Shown: piece after piece, positions 31,213-41,004 of the stretch | Layout: each line of letters starts with the position of its first letter | Position numbering within the stretch: the stretch's first letter is position 1 | Notes under the pieces: model-generated | Databases searched by the model: none | Seen by the model: only the letters and a program-made list of their open reading frames with translations | Told to the model about the DNA's origin: nothing | Translations under genes and position numbers: made by a program | NCBI GenBank assembly: GCA_964022095.1 | Contig: CAXHZO010000001.1 | Span: forward strand, 256,001-320,000 | Source of the DNA: an uncultured Arcobacteraceae bacterium | Lineage (GTDB): Bacteria; Campylobacterota; Campylobacteria; Campylobacterales; Arcobacteraceae | DNA: 64,000 nt | Direction of reading: 5' to 3'

Positions 31213-32338
31213 ATATTTTGTTATTAATAAAAGCTAATGAATTCTTTTTATTTCTGTAAACTAATTCTTGATCAGAGAATTTAACACTCTCCTCAATTTT
31301 TCTATCAATAACACCATGATCAGGTGATTTTGAACAAACAGGATCAGTTGCATGCATATCACCAGTTAAAGCATATGCCTGACATCTACAACCACCAAAG
31401 TCTTTATCTCTTTCATCACATGTTCTACATGGTTCATTCATCCAAGAATCACCTCTGAAGTGATTAAATGATTCAGAGTCATACCAAATATCTTTGATTG
31501 AATAATCTTTTACATTTGGCCATTCAATTGGCATTGTATTAGCTGTATTACAAGGTAGCGCCATACCGTCTGGGTTAATTGTTAAGAACGTTGTACCTAA
31601 TCCATTCATACAAGCTTTTGGTCTATCAGCAAAATAATCGGGAACAACAAAGAAAGCTTTCATATCCTTCTTCTTTGATCTATATTTATCAGTAACTTCT
31701 TTAGCAATTGCTAATTGTTCTTTATTTGGTAAAAGAGCATTAATATTTTCTAATGCCCAACCATAATATTGAATATTTGCTATTTCTAAGTAATCTGCAT
31801 CTAAAACTTCATCTGCAAACTCAATAATTTCACCAACTTGATGAATATTTTGTCTAGTTATGCAAGTATTTACTATTAATTGCATGCCAGAATCTTTAAT
31901 TTCTTTTGCAATTTTTAACTTTTGTTTATATGCACTTTTATTATTAGTCACTAAAACCATTGTATTTTCATCGTGAGATTGAATACCAAGTTGTACTGTT
32001 TTTAATCCTGCATCTTTTAATTTTGTAATAATTCCTTCAGGAGCACCAACTCCTGAAGTAATTAAATTTGTATAAAAACCAAGTTCACTTGCACGTGCTA
32101 CAATTTCAACTATATCTTTATTTAATAAAGGCTCACCACCAGAGATTCCTAGCTGAACAGCACCAAGTTCTCTAACTTGTTCCATTACTCTAAACCAATC
32201 TTCTTTTGTCATGCCATCTTTTGTTTCAGCAAAATCTAGTTGATTATAACAGTAAGTACACTCTAAAGGACATTTATGTGTTAATTCAAGTAATACCCAT
32301 AATGGTGGTTTAATCTCTATTTTTTCATTAGTCGACAT
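31211..32338 (-). CDS. pqqE: PqqA peptide cyclase (radical SAM/SPASM)
   Basis: ELTHKCPLECTYCYN, SGGEPL, QYYGWA, DFGGCRCQA. Confidence 0.97.
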   Translation of the reverse strand: MSTNEKIEIKPPLWVLLELTHKCPLECTYCYNQLDFAETKDGMTKEDWFRVMEQVRELGAVQLGISGGEPLLNKDIVEIVARASELGFYTNLITSGVGAPEGIITKLKDAGLKTVQLGIQSHDENTMVLVTNNKSAYKQKLKIAKEIKDSGMQLIVNTCITRQNIHQVGEIIEFADEVLDADYLEIANIQYYGWALENINALLPNKEQLAIAKEVTDKYRSKKKDMKAFFVVPDYFADRPKACMNGLGTTFLTINPDGMALPCNTANTMPIEWPNVKDYSIKDIWYDSESFNHFRGDSWMNEPCRTCDERDKDFGGCRCQAYALTGDMHATDPVCSKSPDHGVIDRKIEESVKFSDQELVYRNKKNSLAFINNKI

Positions 32339-32597
32339 AATTTACCCACTTTCTTTCAAATGCTTCAGCAAAAAAAGATTCTACGTCTTTTTCTAATCCA
32401 GACATATCAAATTTTTTTTCTAATGTTTCTACAATTTGATTAAAATTTTTTGTTCCATCACATTGATTCATAATTTCACCAGCACTTTGGTTTAATTGAA
32501 CCATACCTTCAGGATATAACAACACAAAACAATCTTGCGCTTTTTCAAATTGCAGTTGAAAGTGATTATTCACTACAATTAATTTTTCTTTGTGCAT
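32328..32597 (-). CDS. pqqD: PqqA-binding chaperone (likely start ATG 32597)
   Basis: [21 protein letters not shown]. Confidence 0.95.
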   Translation of the reverse strand: MHKEKLIVVNNHFQLQFEKAQDCFVLLYPEGMVQLNQSAGEIMNQCDGTKNFNQIVETLEKKFDMSGLEKDVESFFAEAFERKWVNYVD

Positions 32598-33312
32598 TTT
32601 CTGCCCCTTCAATATTGAAGTATGGAGGTTGTTTTAACTCGTATGCTAAATACAACGCATCACACATTGTCCAAAGTATATCAAGTTTAAACTGTAAAAT
32701 CTCACAAGCTTTCTCTTGAAGTTCAACTGTATTAAACTCTTCTAAAGTAATTGATAATCCATGTTGAACATCTCTTCTTGCTTCACTTAATCTTTTTTGG
32801 AAGTATCTTAAACCTTCTGGTTTTATCCATGGATAATTATCAGGCCAAGTACTTAATCTTTGTTGATGAATTTGAGGTGCAAACATCTCAGTTAAAGATG
32901 ACATTGCAGCTTCTTTCCACGGTCTTTGTTTTGCAAAGTTTATATAAGCATCAACTGCGAATTTAACTGCTGGTAAAACATATTTATGAGAAACCAAGTC
33001 CTCTTTATTTAAACCTACTGCTTCACCTAATTCAAGCCATGCTTCAATTCCTCCACCCTCACTATCATGATCAATAATTCTATCTAACCATTTTCTTCTA
33101 TCTTCTAATGGGGGGTTATTTGACATAATAGCTGCATCTTTAATAGGAATTGCAGTTTGATAATAAAATCTATTTGCAACCCATCCTTGAATTTCCTCTT
33201 TTGTACATTCTCCTTTGTACATTCTAACGTGAAAAGGATGATGGATGTGATACATTGCACCCATACCTCTTAATTTTGCTTCGAACTCTTCTTTGTTTAA
33301 TAATTCGCTCAT
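32566..33312 (-). CDS. pqqC: PQQ synthase
   Basis: [41 protein letters not shown]. Confidence 0.97.
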   Translation of the reverse strand: MSELLNKEEFEAKLRGMGAMYHIHHPFHVRMYKGECTKEEIQGWVANRFYYQTAIPIKDAAIMSNNPPLEDRRKWLDRIIDHDSEGGGIEAWLELGEAVGLNKEDLVSHKYVLPAVKFAVDAYINFAKQRPWKEAAMSSLTEMFAPQIHQQRLSTWPDNYPWIKPEGLRYFQKRLSEARRDVQHGLSITLEEFNTVELQEKACEILQFKLDILWTMCDALYLAYELKQPPYFNIEGAENAQRKINCSE

Positions 33313-33326
33313 TACTTCTCCTACTA

Positions 33327-34244
33327 CTAAATTTCGATACTCATACCGTCATAAGATACTTCTATTCCGTGAGATATCAATTCTTTATATTCATCATTAC
33401 TTTCATCTAAAATTGGATTAGTATTATTTATATGTATTAAGATTTTTCTAGGTTTTTCTAATGTATCTAATATTTTAATCAAGCCCTCATCACCGCTTAA
33501 TGGAATATGTCCCATATCAGTTCCAAGTTTATTTGAAAACTTCCCTTTAATCATTTCATCATTTGTCCAAAGAGTACCTTCAATTAATAATACATCTGCA
33601 TTTCTCATTTCTTCAAATACGTGATCTTCCATAACTCCAAGACCTGGTAGATAAAATAGTCTTTTTCCAGTTTTTTTATTTACTACTGTTATTCCTATAT
33701 TATCACCTTTTCTTGGCTTATCTCTATGGGCTGAATATGGTGGTGCATTTGAAATTAACGCATGTGCATAAAATTCATAACTAGGCATTACTGGAATTTC
33801 AAACTTTGTAGTTGAATCTGGAAGTATTTCATGCCAATTAGTTCCTCCACCATCCCAATGTTTTAACATTTTCATAGTAGGGAATGATGTATTTAATTCT
33901 TCATTTACTTCTTTTGTACAGTAAATTTCATGTGGGCAACCTTCTCTTAACATTAAAAGTCCAGTTGTATGATCAATTTGAGCATCATTAAAAACGATAG
34001 CTTTTATTTTAGTTTCTCTTTTTTTTGTTGGATGTAAAAAAGGTGAGTTATGAATTTGTTCTAAAATATCTGGTGATGTGTTAAATAAAACCCAGTTTTC
34101 ACCATCTTCACTAATTGTAATAGAACTTTGAGTTCTTCTTTTTATTGTAGATTTACCTTCTCTGTAACCTCTACAGTTATCACAGTTACAGTTAAATTGG
34201 GGAAGACCTCCACCAGCTCCTGAACCTAAAACTTGAATTTTCAT
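33327..34244 (-). CDS. pqqB: PQQ biosynthesis protein B
   Basis: [38 protein letters not shown]. Confidence 0.97.
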   Translation of the reverse strand: MKIQVLGSGAGGGLPQFNCNCDNCRGYREGKSTIKRRTQSSITISEDGENWVLFNTSPDILEQIHNSPFLHPTKKRETKIKAIVFNDAQIDHTTGLLMLREGCPHEIYCTKEVNEELNTSFPTMKMLKHWDGGGTNWHEILPDSTTKFEIPVMPSYEFYAHALISNAPPYSAHRDKPRKGDNIGITVVNKKTGKRLFYLPGLGVMEDHVFEEMRNADVLLIEGTLWTNDEMIKGKFSNKLGTDMGHIPLSGDEGLIKILDTLEKPRKILIHINNTNPILDESNDEYKELISHGIEVSYDGMSIEI

Positions 34245-34300
34245 ACAAACCTTTCATCTATTTTTCATAATTGAACTCATATTAACATAAACTCAATTAT

Positions 34301-34339
34301 AAAAAAGAGGCAAGTTAGAAAAATTTCTAACTTACCTCT
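34301..34339 (-). terminator. Intrinsic terminator/attenuator between pqqA (copy 2) and pqqB
   Basis: 15-bp stem 34306-34320/34325-34339. The single C/A mismatch is a G-U pair on the minus-strand RNA; a U-run follows. Confidence 0.8.
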
Positions 34340-34356
34340 AACCAAAAATACTTCTC

Positions 34357-34431
34357 TTAGTTATGACAAATGTACATTGTCACTTCAAAACCAAATCTGT
34401 TATCTACGAACATAGGTGTTTCCCATTTCAT
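34357..34431 (-). CDS. pqqA: PQQ precursor peptide, copy 2 (MKWETPMFVDNRFGFEVTMYICHN)
   Basis: Hand-translated 24-aa ORF with ExxxY; AAGGAGG RBS; directly upstream of pqqB. Confidence 0.97.
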   Translation of the reverse strand: MKWETPMFVDNRFGFEVTMYICHN

Positions 34432-34467
34432 GATCAGTACCTCCTTTGTAAGATTTTAGTATTTAAA

Positions 34468-36231
34468 TTACTTATGTAATTTAAATACGTGAACTGTCCC
34501 ACCTTGGTTGATGTTTTTAACAAGTTTTGCAACTTCACCACCCCATAATGGAACAGCACCACCCCAACCAGAAACGATTGCGATATATTGCTCACCATTT
34601 TGAGTCCATGTTACAGGAGATGAAACAATTCCTGAACCAACATTAAAGCTATATAATGTTTCACCAGACTCGTCATCTAATGCTAAGAATTTACCTTCAG
34701 GAGTACCGAAGAATACTAAACCACCAGCAGTAGTTAAAACTCCACCCCATAATGGTGCAGGGTTTTTATAATTCCATTTAATATCACCAGTTAATGGATC
34801 AATTGCTTTTAATGAACCAATATGGTCATCAAAAATTGGTTTAATTGTAAATCCAGCACCTAAGTAAGCAGCACCTTTTTTATAAGAAATTGGTTGATTC
34901 CAAATATCCATACCCCACTCATTTGATGGAACATAGAAGTTACCAGTTTTTTGAGAGTATGCCATTGGCATCCAGTTTTTACCACCTAAGAACGAAGGAA
35001 CAGACCATACTGATTTACCTTTAGACTCAGAACCAGGATTACCAGGTCTTCCATCTTTAGTATATAAAGGTCTTCCATCTTTTCCAATTCCAGTTGCCCA
35101 AGTAATATTTGAAACAAATGGATTAGCAGTAATGAAGTCACCATTAGTTCTATCTAATACATAGAAGAAACCATTTCTATCTGCAGTTGCAGCATATTTT
35201 TTACCATCTTTGTTGAAAGAAATTAACTCATTAACACCATCAAAATCCCATCCATCATGTGGAGTTGTTTGGAAATGCCATACAATTTTACCAGTATCAG
35301 GATCAATAGCTAATCTTGAAGAAGAGTATAAGTTATCACCTGGTCTTGTGTGTGAATTCCAAGGTGCAGGGTTACCAGTACCAAAGAATAAAAGGTCTGT
35401 TTCTGGATCATAAGTACCACCTAACCATGTAGCAGCACCACCAGTTTTCCACATATCACCTGGCCATGTTTTACCAGCTTCACCACCAGTAATTCCATTT
35501 TCTTTACCATTTAAGTAACCCATGTGACCTTCAACAGTTGGTCTATTCCAAACTACTTCACCAGTTTTAGCATTTCTTGCTTCAACTTTACCAACGATAC
35601 CAAATTCACCACCAGCAACACCAGTGATTACCATATCTTTTACGATAATTGGAGCAGCAGTAATTGAGTAACCGTCTTTATATTTTGCAATTCTTTTTTT
35701 CCATACAACTTTACCAGTTTTTCTATCTAAAGCAACTAGTTTAGCATCTAATGTACCGAAAATAAATAAGTTTTCGTATAATGCTCCACCTCTGTTGATA
35801 ACATCACAACAAGGTAAAATTGCGCTTGGTAATTTTGCATCATATTGCCATAATTCTTCACCAGTAGCAATATCAATTGCATACGCTCTTGAATAAGAAC
35901 CAGTTACATACATAACTCCATCTTTAATTAATGGTTGTGACTCTTGTCCTCTTTGTTTTTCCCCACCAAATGAGAAGTTCCATACAGGTACTAAATTTTT
36001 AACAGTCTCTTTATTAACTTGTGTTAATTGTGAGTATCTTTGTCCTTGTAATCCCATACCGTTAGATAATACATCCTCAGTAGATTTTACATCATTTAAT
36101 ACATCGTTACTTGTTACAGTTGCAAAACCTGGCTTAGTAACTTTTTGTACATTAGTATCAGCAACACATCCTGTGATTAACGCAGCTAATGAAACAGCGA
36201 TAGCACTCTTTAATAGTACTTTTTTACTCAT
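34468..36231 (-). CDS. pedH: Lanthanide-type PQQ alcohol dehydrogenase (PedH/ExaF class), predicted lipoprotein
   Basis: [13 protein letters not shown], vicinal [20 protein letters not shown] with the extra Asp (35236-35250); lipobox ITGC. Confidence 0.92.
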   Translation of the reverse strand: MSKKVLLKSAIAVSLAALITGCVADTNVQKVTKPGFATVTSNDVLNDVKSTEDVLSNGMGLQGQRYSQLTQVNKETVKNLVPVWNFSFGGEKQRGQESQPLIKDGVMYVTGSYSRAYAIDIATGEELWQYDAKLPSAILPCCDVINRGGALYENLFIFGTLDAKLVALDRKTGKVVWKKRIAKYKDGYSITAAPIIVKDMVITGVAGGEFGIVGKVEARNAKTGEVVWNRPTVEGHMGYLNGKENGITGGEAGKTWPGDMWKTGGAATWLGGTYDPETDLLFFGTGNPAPWNSHTRPGDNLYSSSRLAIDPDTGKIVWHFQTTPHDGWDFDGVNELISFNKDGKKYAATADRNGFFYVLDRTNGDFITANPFVSNITWATGIGKDGRPLYTKDGRPGNPGSESKGKSVWSVPSFLGGKNWMPMAYSQKTGNFYVPSNEWGMDIWNQPISYKKGAAYLGAGFTIKPIFDDHIGSLKAIDPLTGDIKWNYKNPAPLWGGVLTTAGGLVFFGTPEGKFLALDDESGETLYSFNVGSGIVSSPVTWTQNGEQYIAIVSGWGGAVPLWGGEVAKLVKNINQGGTVHVFKLHK

Positions 36232-36281
36232 AGTCTCTCCTTAATTTATGTTATAACAAATTGGGAATTTGTCTTATCAAA

Positions 36282-36313
36282 AGTATACATGAGAAACATA
36301 GCATAAGTTTAGC
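36282..36313 (-). promoter_or_regulatory. GCTA-N7-GCTA box plus -10 TATACT for pedH
   Basis: TAGC at 36299 and 36310; AGTATA at 36282-36287. The distal box overlaps the pedC last codon and stop. Confidence 0.8.
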
Positions 36314-37091
36314 TATTGTTAACTTTTTTAGATTTAAACCCTAAAAAGGCCATAACTAAAGTTATTACTAATGAAATAAATAAGACAAAAAGTGCCTGAT
36401 TATCGACTTTTAAATACAATGCAAACCTAATTGACTCTACTATATATGTAAAAGGATTATATGAAGAAATTTCATATAAAAGTATTGAAGAGTCTTTAAT
36501 TTTCCATAATGGGTACAGTGCTGAGCTTAAAAAGAACATTGGAAAAATAACGAAATTCATTACTGTAGCAAAGTTCTCAAGTTGTTTAATAACTGATGAA
36601 ATAAATAATGCAAAGGCATTTAATATAATTGAAGAGACTATAATTACAGGTATTGTTACTAATATAGCAATAAAACTAATATCAACTCCATAAGCTTTTG
36701 CTATTAATAAAAATGTTACTGCTTGAATAGTTGATACTATTGAAGTAGCAAACATCTTACAAAATAGTAAATAATTTCTATTTATATATGATGATAAAAG
36801 AATCTTCATACTTCCCATCTCTCTATCAAATATCATTGTAAGTGAACTTTGCATACCATTAAATAGTAACACCATCCCTACTAAACCTGGAACTATATAT
36901 GTCTCATATGTAATATATGTTTCATATGGAGGAGTAATTGCTAGTCCAAGTGCAGTTTTAAAACCAACAGAGAAAATAAACAACCATAACAGAGGTCTAA
37001 CAAGTGCTGAAAAAAATCTACTTTTTTGTTTTACAAATCGAATTAACTCTTTATAGATAATTCCCTTCATACAATTAATATATATATTCAT
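36309..37091 (-). CDS. pedC: ABC transporter permease, PedC type
   Basis: SALVRPLLWLFIF, PPYETYITYETYIVPGL, DREMGSM, SSALYPLW. Confidence 0.9.
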   Translation of the reverse strand: MNIYINCMKGIIYKELIRFVKQKSRFFSALVRPLLWLFIFSVGFKTALGLAITPPYETYITYETYIVPGLVGMVLLFNGMQSSLTMIFDREMGSMKILLSSYINRNYLLFCKMFATSIVSTIQAVTFLLIAKAYGVDISFIAILVTIPVIIVSSIILNAFALFISSVIKQLENFATVMNFVIFPMFFLSSALYPLWKIKDSSILLYEISSYNPFTYIVESIRFALYLKVDNQALFVLFISLVITLVMAFLGFKSKKVNNS

Positions 37092-37094
37092 GCT

Positions 37095-37826
37095 TTACCT
37101 TACTAAATGGTTGAATGTATCAACTAAATTTTCTTTTTCATATTTGTTAACAATATCTTTTACAATTCCTGACTCTACAATATCACCTGCTTTTATAAAT
37201 GATATATTATCAACTTCTTTTACCTCATCAAATAGATGCGTAATCCAAAGTACACTTACATTTTCTCTTTTAACTAAATCTCTAACATAATCTAATATAT
37301 CAAATCTACTTTTTAAATCTAATCCTACAGTAGGTTCGTCCAACAATAAAAGTTTTGGTTTGTTAATAAGAGCTCTTAAGATTTCAACTCTTCTTCTATG
37401 GCCACCATTTAGTTTTCTTGCTGTTTTATCTAAAACATCTTCAAGCTCTAATCTTTTTATTTCATCTTTTATCGATTCAATAGTTTCTTTAAACCCTAAG
37501 CCTTTAATAGCACCATAGTAGTATAGATTTTGTCTAACTGTTAAATCTAAATCTAATGTTGGTTCTTGAAATACAATCCCAATATCTTTTAATGATTTTG
37601 AATAATTCTCTATTGAGTGTTGATTTATATTAATCTCACCTACTTCTAATTTTAGTAGCCTAGTGATTAATGAGAAAATTGTTGATTTTCCTGCACCATT
37701 TAATCCAAGTAATACAGAAAAGCTTCCCTCATTTATATGAAAGGATATTTTATTTAATACTTTTTTACTACCATATGAAAATTCTACGTCTTTTAGTTCT
37801 AATATTTTTTTACACATTTTTACCAC
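37095..37826 (-). CDS. pedB: ABC transporter ATP-binding protein, PedB type
   Basis: GLNGAGKST, FQEPTLDLDL, LNGGHRRRVEI, LLDEPTVGLD. Confidence 0.9.
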   Translation of the reverse strand: MVKMCKKILELKDVEFSYGSKKVLNKISFHINEGSFSVLLGLNGAGKSTIFSLITRLLKLEVGEININQHSIENYSKSLKDIGIVFQEPTLDLDLTVRQNLYYYGAIKGLGFKETIESIKDEIKRLELEDVLDKTARKLNGGHRRRVEILRALINKPKLLLLDEPTVGLDLKSRFDILDYVRDLVKRENVSVLWITHLFDEVKEVDNISFIKAGDIVESGIVKDIVNKYEKENLVDTFNHLVR

Positions 37827-37850
37827 AATCTATTTTAAATTTTAATATTG

Positions 37851-37882
37851 ATTATATGACATCTTTATAGCATACATTTAGC
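37851..37882 (-). promoter_or_regulatory. GCTA-N7-GCTA box plus -10 TATAAT for pedBC
   Basis: TAGC at 37868 and 37879; ATTATA at 37851-37856. Confidence 0.85.
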
Positions 37883-37959
37883 AAAAATCTATTAAAAAAA
37901 TACATAACTTGAAAAGTTTCAAGCTATGTATCATAAAACCAAAGAAGGTCAGTTATTTA

Positions 37960-38034
37960 TTATTCATTACAAATATACATTGTAACTTCAAAACCAAATC
38001 TATTATCAACGAACATCGGTGTTTCCCATTTCAT
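37960..38034 (-). CDS. pqqA: PQQ precursor peptide, copy 3 (MKWETPMFVDNRFGFEVTMYICNE)
   Basis: Hand-translated 24-aa ORF with ExxxY; AAGGAGG RBS; downstream of pedE-pedD. Confidence 0.96.
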   Translation of the reverse strand: MKWETPMFVDNRFGFEVTMYICNE

Positions 38035-38057
38035 TTCAATTACCTCCTTTTTAAAGT

Positions 38058-38759
38058 TTACCAATCAGTTGGACAATCTTTACAACCATCCATATATACT
38101 CCACTTAAGTTTGCATAATGGATTCTTGTTCCTGTAAAAATTGCCTTATGTAAAGACGCACTAGATAATTTAGTTTCTTGTAAATTCGCATTAGTAAAAT
38201 TTGAATTTTCAAAATTTATTCTTGTCATCCATGCCGCTTCTAAATTTACTGCTTGTAAATTACAATTTTTCATACTAGAGCCACTCATTCTTGCAAACTC
38301 AAGATTAGCACCATGAAAAGATGAATTATCAAATGTACTACCTTGTGCAAATAAAGCCCATGCATTTACTCCATCAAAATTACTATTTGATGCTTTTGCA
38401 ACCTTAATATTTGCATGTCTTAAATCTGCTCTTGCTAAATTTGCTCCTTCAAAATTTGAATTACTCATATCTGAATTCTTTAAAATTGCATGTCTTAACT
38501 TTGCATTTTTAAAATTTGACTTTCTCAATATTGATTTTGTCAAATTTACTCCATCAAGAATTGCTCCTTCAAAGTTAGCCCCTTCGAAATTAGACTCTTT
38601 TAAATCTAACCCCGAAAGATTTTGCTTACTTAAATCTACATTTTGACAACTTGTTTTTGGTACTAGCTTACATCCATTAATTATTCTTATTTCGTCATCT
38701 TCATATGCATGAATTAAACTCATAAAAATAATTAAAATAACTATAACTTTTTTCATCAT
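38058..38759 (-). CDS. pedD: Periplasmic pentapeptide-repeat protein (PedD-like)
   Basis: Signal peptide, (A/S)(N/D)(L/F)xx repeats, terminal Cys pairs INGC..TSC and GCKDCP; adjacent to pedE. Confidence 0.85.
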   Translation of the reverse strand: MMKKVIVILIIFMSLIHAYEDDEIRIINGCKLVPKTSCQNVDLSKQNLSGLDLKESNFEGANFEGAILDGVNLTKSILRKSNFKNAKLRHAILKNSDMSNSNFEGANLARADLRHANIKVAKASNSNFDGVNAWALFAQGSTFDNSSFHGANLEFARMSGSSMKNCNLQAVNLEAAWMTRINFENSNFTNANLQETKLSSASLHKAIFTGTRIHYANLSGVYMDGCKDCPTDW

Positions 38760-38823
38760 GTGCCTTTTGAGTATTATTTAACTTCTAATTTTATATACTT
38801 TAAATTCCCAATTTGCGTATAAA

Positions 38824-40710
38824 TTATCTTTTAAGTTTAAATACCCAGAAAGAACCACCTTGAGATACAGGTTTAGTTAATTCAGCCATGTCTCCACCCC
38901 ATAAAGGTACAGCTCCACCGTAACCACTTGCAAGTCCTATATATTGTTCACCATCTTCTTCCCAAGTAATTGGACAAGAAATAATTCCAGAACCAGTTTG
39001 GAACTTCCATAACTCTTTACCAGTTTTTGCATCAAATGCTTTAACATAACCATCACCAGTACCTGTAAATACAAGGCCACCTTTAGTAGTTAATACTCCA
39101 GCCCATAATGGTAATTTTTCTTTATGTGACCATACAATTTCGCCTTTTACTGGATCAACTGCTCTTAAAATACCTACATGATCATCATAAGTTCTCTTAA
39201 TTCTAAATCCTTGACCTAAATACGCTGCACCTTTTTTGTACTCAATAGGTTGAGTCCAATAATCTTCTTCCCAATGGTTTGCACCAAGATAGAATAATTT
39301 TGTATCTTCATTATATGCCATTGGGTTCCAGTTCTTACCACCTAAGAATGGTGGAGCAACCTTGATAGCTTTTCCTCTTGTTTTCCCCTCTTCAGGTAAT
39401 GGTGGGTATTGTTTTGGATCAACAACTGGTCTACCTGTTTTTGGGTCAATATGACTTGCCCATGTAATCTTATCAACAAATGGGAAAGCTTTAATAAATC
39501 TTCTTGCTTGATCTTCTCTTTGCTTATCAGCTTTTTTCATAGTTTCTCTATTAATTACATAGAAGAATCCATTTCTATCTGCATGTCCAGTAGCTTTAAT
39601 TGTTTTACCATTTTCTACATAATCAAATAGTACTAATTCATTATTACCTGAGAAATCCCATGCATCATTTGGTGTATGTTGGTAGAACCATTTAATATCA
39701 CCAGTAGTTGGGTCAACTGAAATTTGTCCTGATGTATATAAACTATCCCAATCTCTTGGATCTCCACCATCAGCAGTTCTTTCCCAAGTATTCCATGGTG
39801 CTGGATTTCCAGTACCTATAATAATTGAGTTTGTTTCATAATCATAACTAGCACTTTGCCATGGTGCACCACCACCGTGACTCCAAGCTGTTTTTTTACC
39901 AGTAGGATTATTTTTATCATCTGGCCAAGTTGGAGCTTTAGGATCTCCTGTTGGAGTTGATTTTTTACCATTTAATCTACCATAGTGACCTTCAACCATA
40001 GGTCTCATCCAGATCTCTTTACCTGTATCTGGATCTAATGCAAATAATTTACCTATAACACCGAATTCATCACCTGATGAACCATGGATTAACATTACTT
40101 TTCCAGTTTTTTTATCTTTTACAATAGTTGGAGCACCAGTCATAGTATAACCGTCTTGATACCCTTTATTTGGTCTATCTGCATATCCAAATCTTTTTTT
40201 CCAGATCACTTTTCCTGTATCTTTATTTAATGCAACAATACCAGCATCTAAAGTACCAAAGAATACTTTATCTCCAAATATAGCTGCACCTCTGTTAATT
40301 ACATCACAACAAGGTTTAATATCTGAAGGTAATCTATGCTCATATTCCCATATTTTTTTACCACTTTTTGAATCAAGTGCAAATAATCTTGAATATGATC
40401 CAGTTACATATATTTTTCCATCATGAACTAAAGCTTGAGACTCTTGTCCTCTTTGTTTCTCTCCTCCAAATGAAAACGTCCAAGCTGGTACTAAATCTTT
40501 AATAGTTTTAGTATTTATCTCATCAAGTTTTGAGTATCTTTTTGCTTCTGGTCCCATACCATACATTAATACATCTTCAGTTGTATTTTTATCATTTAAG
40601 ATATCGTCCCATGATACTTTTTTTGTTTCAGTACTTGCAACACTAGATTGAAGTCCTAATAAACCAACAAAAGTCATAACAGCTGCTTTTTGTAACAAAT
40701 GATTTCTCAT
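38824..40710 (-). CDS. pedE: Calcium-type PQQ ethanol/alcohol dehydrogenase (PedE/ExaA class)
   Basis: [29 protein letters not shown] (Ser in place of the lanthanide Asp, 39646-39660). Confidence 0.94.
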   Translation of the reverse strand: MRNHLLQKAAVMTFVGLLGLQSSVASTETKKVSWDDILNDKNTTEDVLMYGMGPEAKRYSKLDEINTKTIKDLVPAWTFSFGGEKQRGQESQALVHDGKIYVTGSYSRLFALDSKSGKKIWEYEHRLPSDIKPCCDVINRGAAIFGDKVFFGTLDAGIVALNKDTGKVIWKKRFGYADRPNKGYQDGYTMTGAPTIVKDKKTGKVMLIHGSSGDEFGVIGKLFALDPDTGKEIWMRPMVEGHYGRLNGKKSTPTGDPKAPTWPDDKNNPTGKKTAWSHGGGAPWQSASYDYETNSIIIGTGNPAPWNTWERTADGGDPRDWDSLYTSGQISVDPTTGDIKWFYQHTPNDAWDFSGNNELVLFDYVENGKTIKATGHADRNGFFYVINRETMKKADKQREDQARRFIKAFPFVDKITWASHIDPKTGRPVVDPKQYPPLPEEGKTRGKAIKVAPPFLGGKNWNPMAYNEDTKLFYLGANHWEEDYWTQPIEYKKGAAYLGQGFRIKRTYDDHVGILRAVDPVKGEIVWSHKEKLPLWAGVLTTKGGLVFTGTGDGYVKAFDAKTGKELWKFQTGSGIISCPITWEEDGEQYIGLASGYGGAVPLWGGDMAELTKPVSQGGSFWVFKLKR

Positions 40711-40780
40711 TTTCTCTCCTTAATAAAATTTATTTCAAATAAATACAATTAATATGTAACTATTTTAAAACAATTGTTAA

Positions 40781-40812
40781 ATTATACATTTTAATTATAG
40801 CCTTAGTTTAGC
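40781..40812 (-). promoter_or_regulatory. GCTA-N7-GCTA box plus -10 TATAAT for pedE
   Basis: TAGC at 40798 and 40809; ATTATA at 40781-40786. Confidence 0.85.
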
Positions 40813-40951
40813 ATTAATCGTAAATAATAAAATTTATATGTAATTAATTAGTTATTAATAATAGTGTTTATGATTTAATTAATATATTTCATAAATATTG
40901 AAATAAAGTTTAGTTGTAAATGAGTTATTTAGGTTTTTATAAAATTAAAAG

Positions 40952-40987
40952 AAAAATAGCTTAGGATATGAATATTCCTAAGCTATT
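40952..40987 (-). terminator. Intrinsic terminator after pedA2
   Basis: AATAGCTTAGGA...TCCTAAGCTATT stem; A-run on the left. Confidence 0.75.
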
Positions 40988-41004
40988 GTGTTAGTAGATT
41001 GAAG

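Noticed and set aside
29399-38034. Three ~75-bp near-identical repeats as a possible CRISPR or MITE
   Set aside because: They are kilobases apart with no spacers or terminal repeats, and differences fall mostly at third codon positions, so they are pqqA paralogues.
37909-38118. 69-aa plus-strand ORF in the track
   Set aside because: It is the antisense shadow of pqqA copy 3 and the pedD end; the minus-strand ORF has the RBS and the family motif.
40813-40950. Long AT-rich stretch upstream of the pedE box as an sRNA or switch operator
   Set aside because: I could not support an ORF, stable structure or motif here; worth revisiting only with comparative data.
40952-40987. TAGC/GCTA in this stem and in the stems near 45671 and 59033 as extra regulon boxes
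   Set aside because: They are inverted arms of hairpins, not 11-bp direct repeats, and lack the -10 at the fixed offset.
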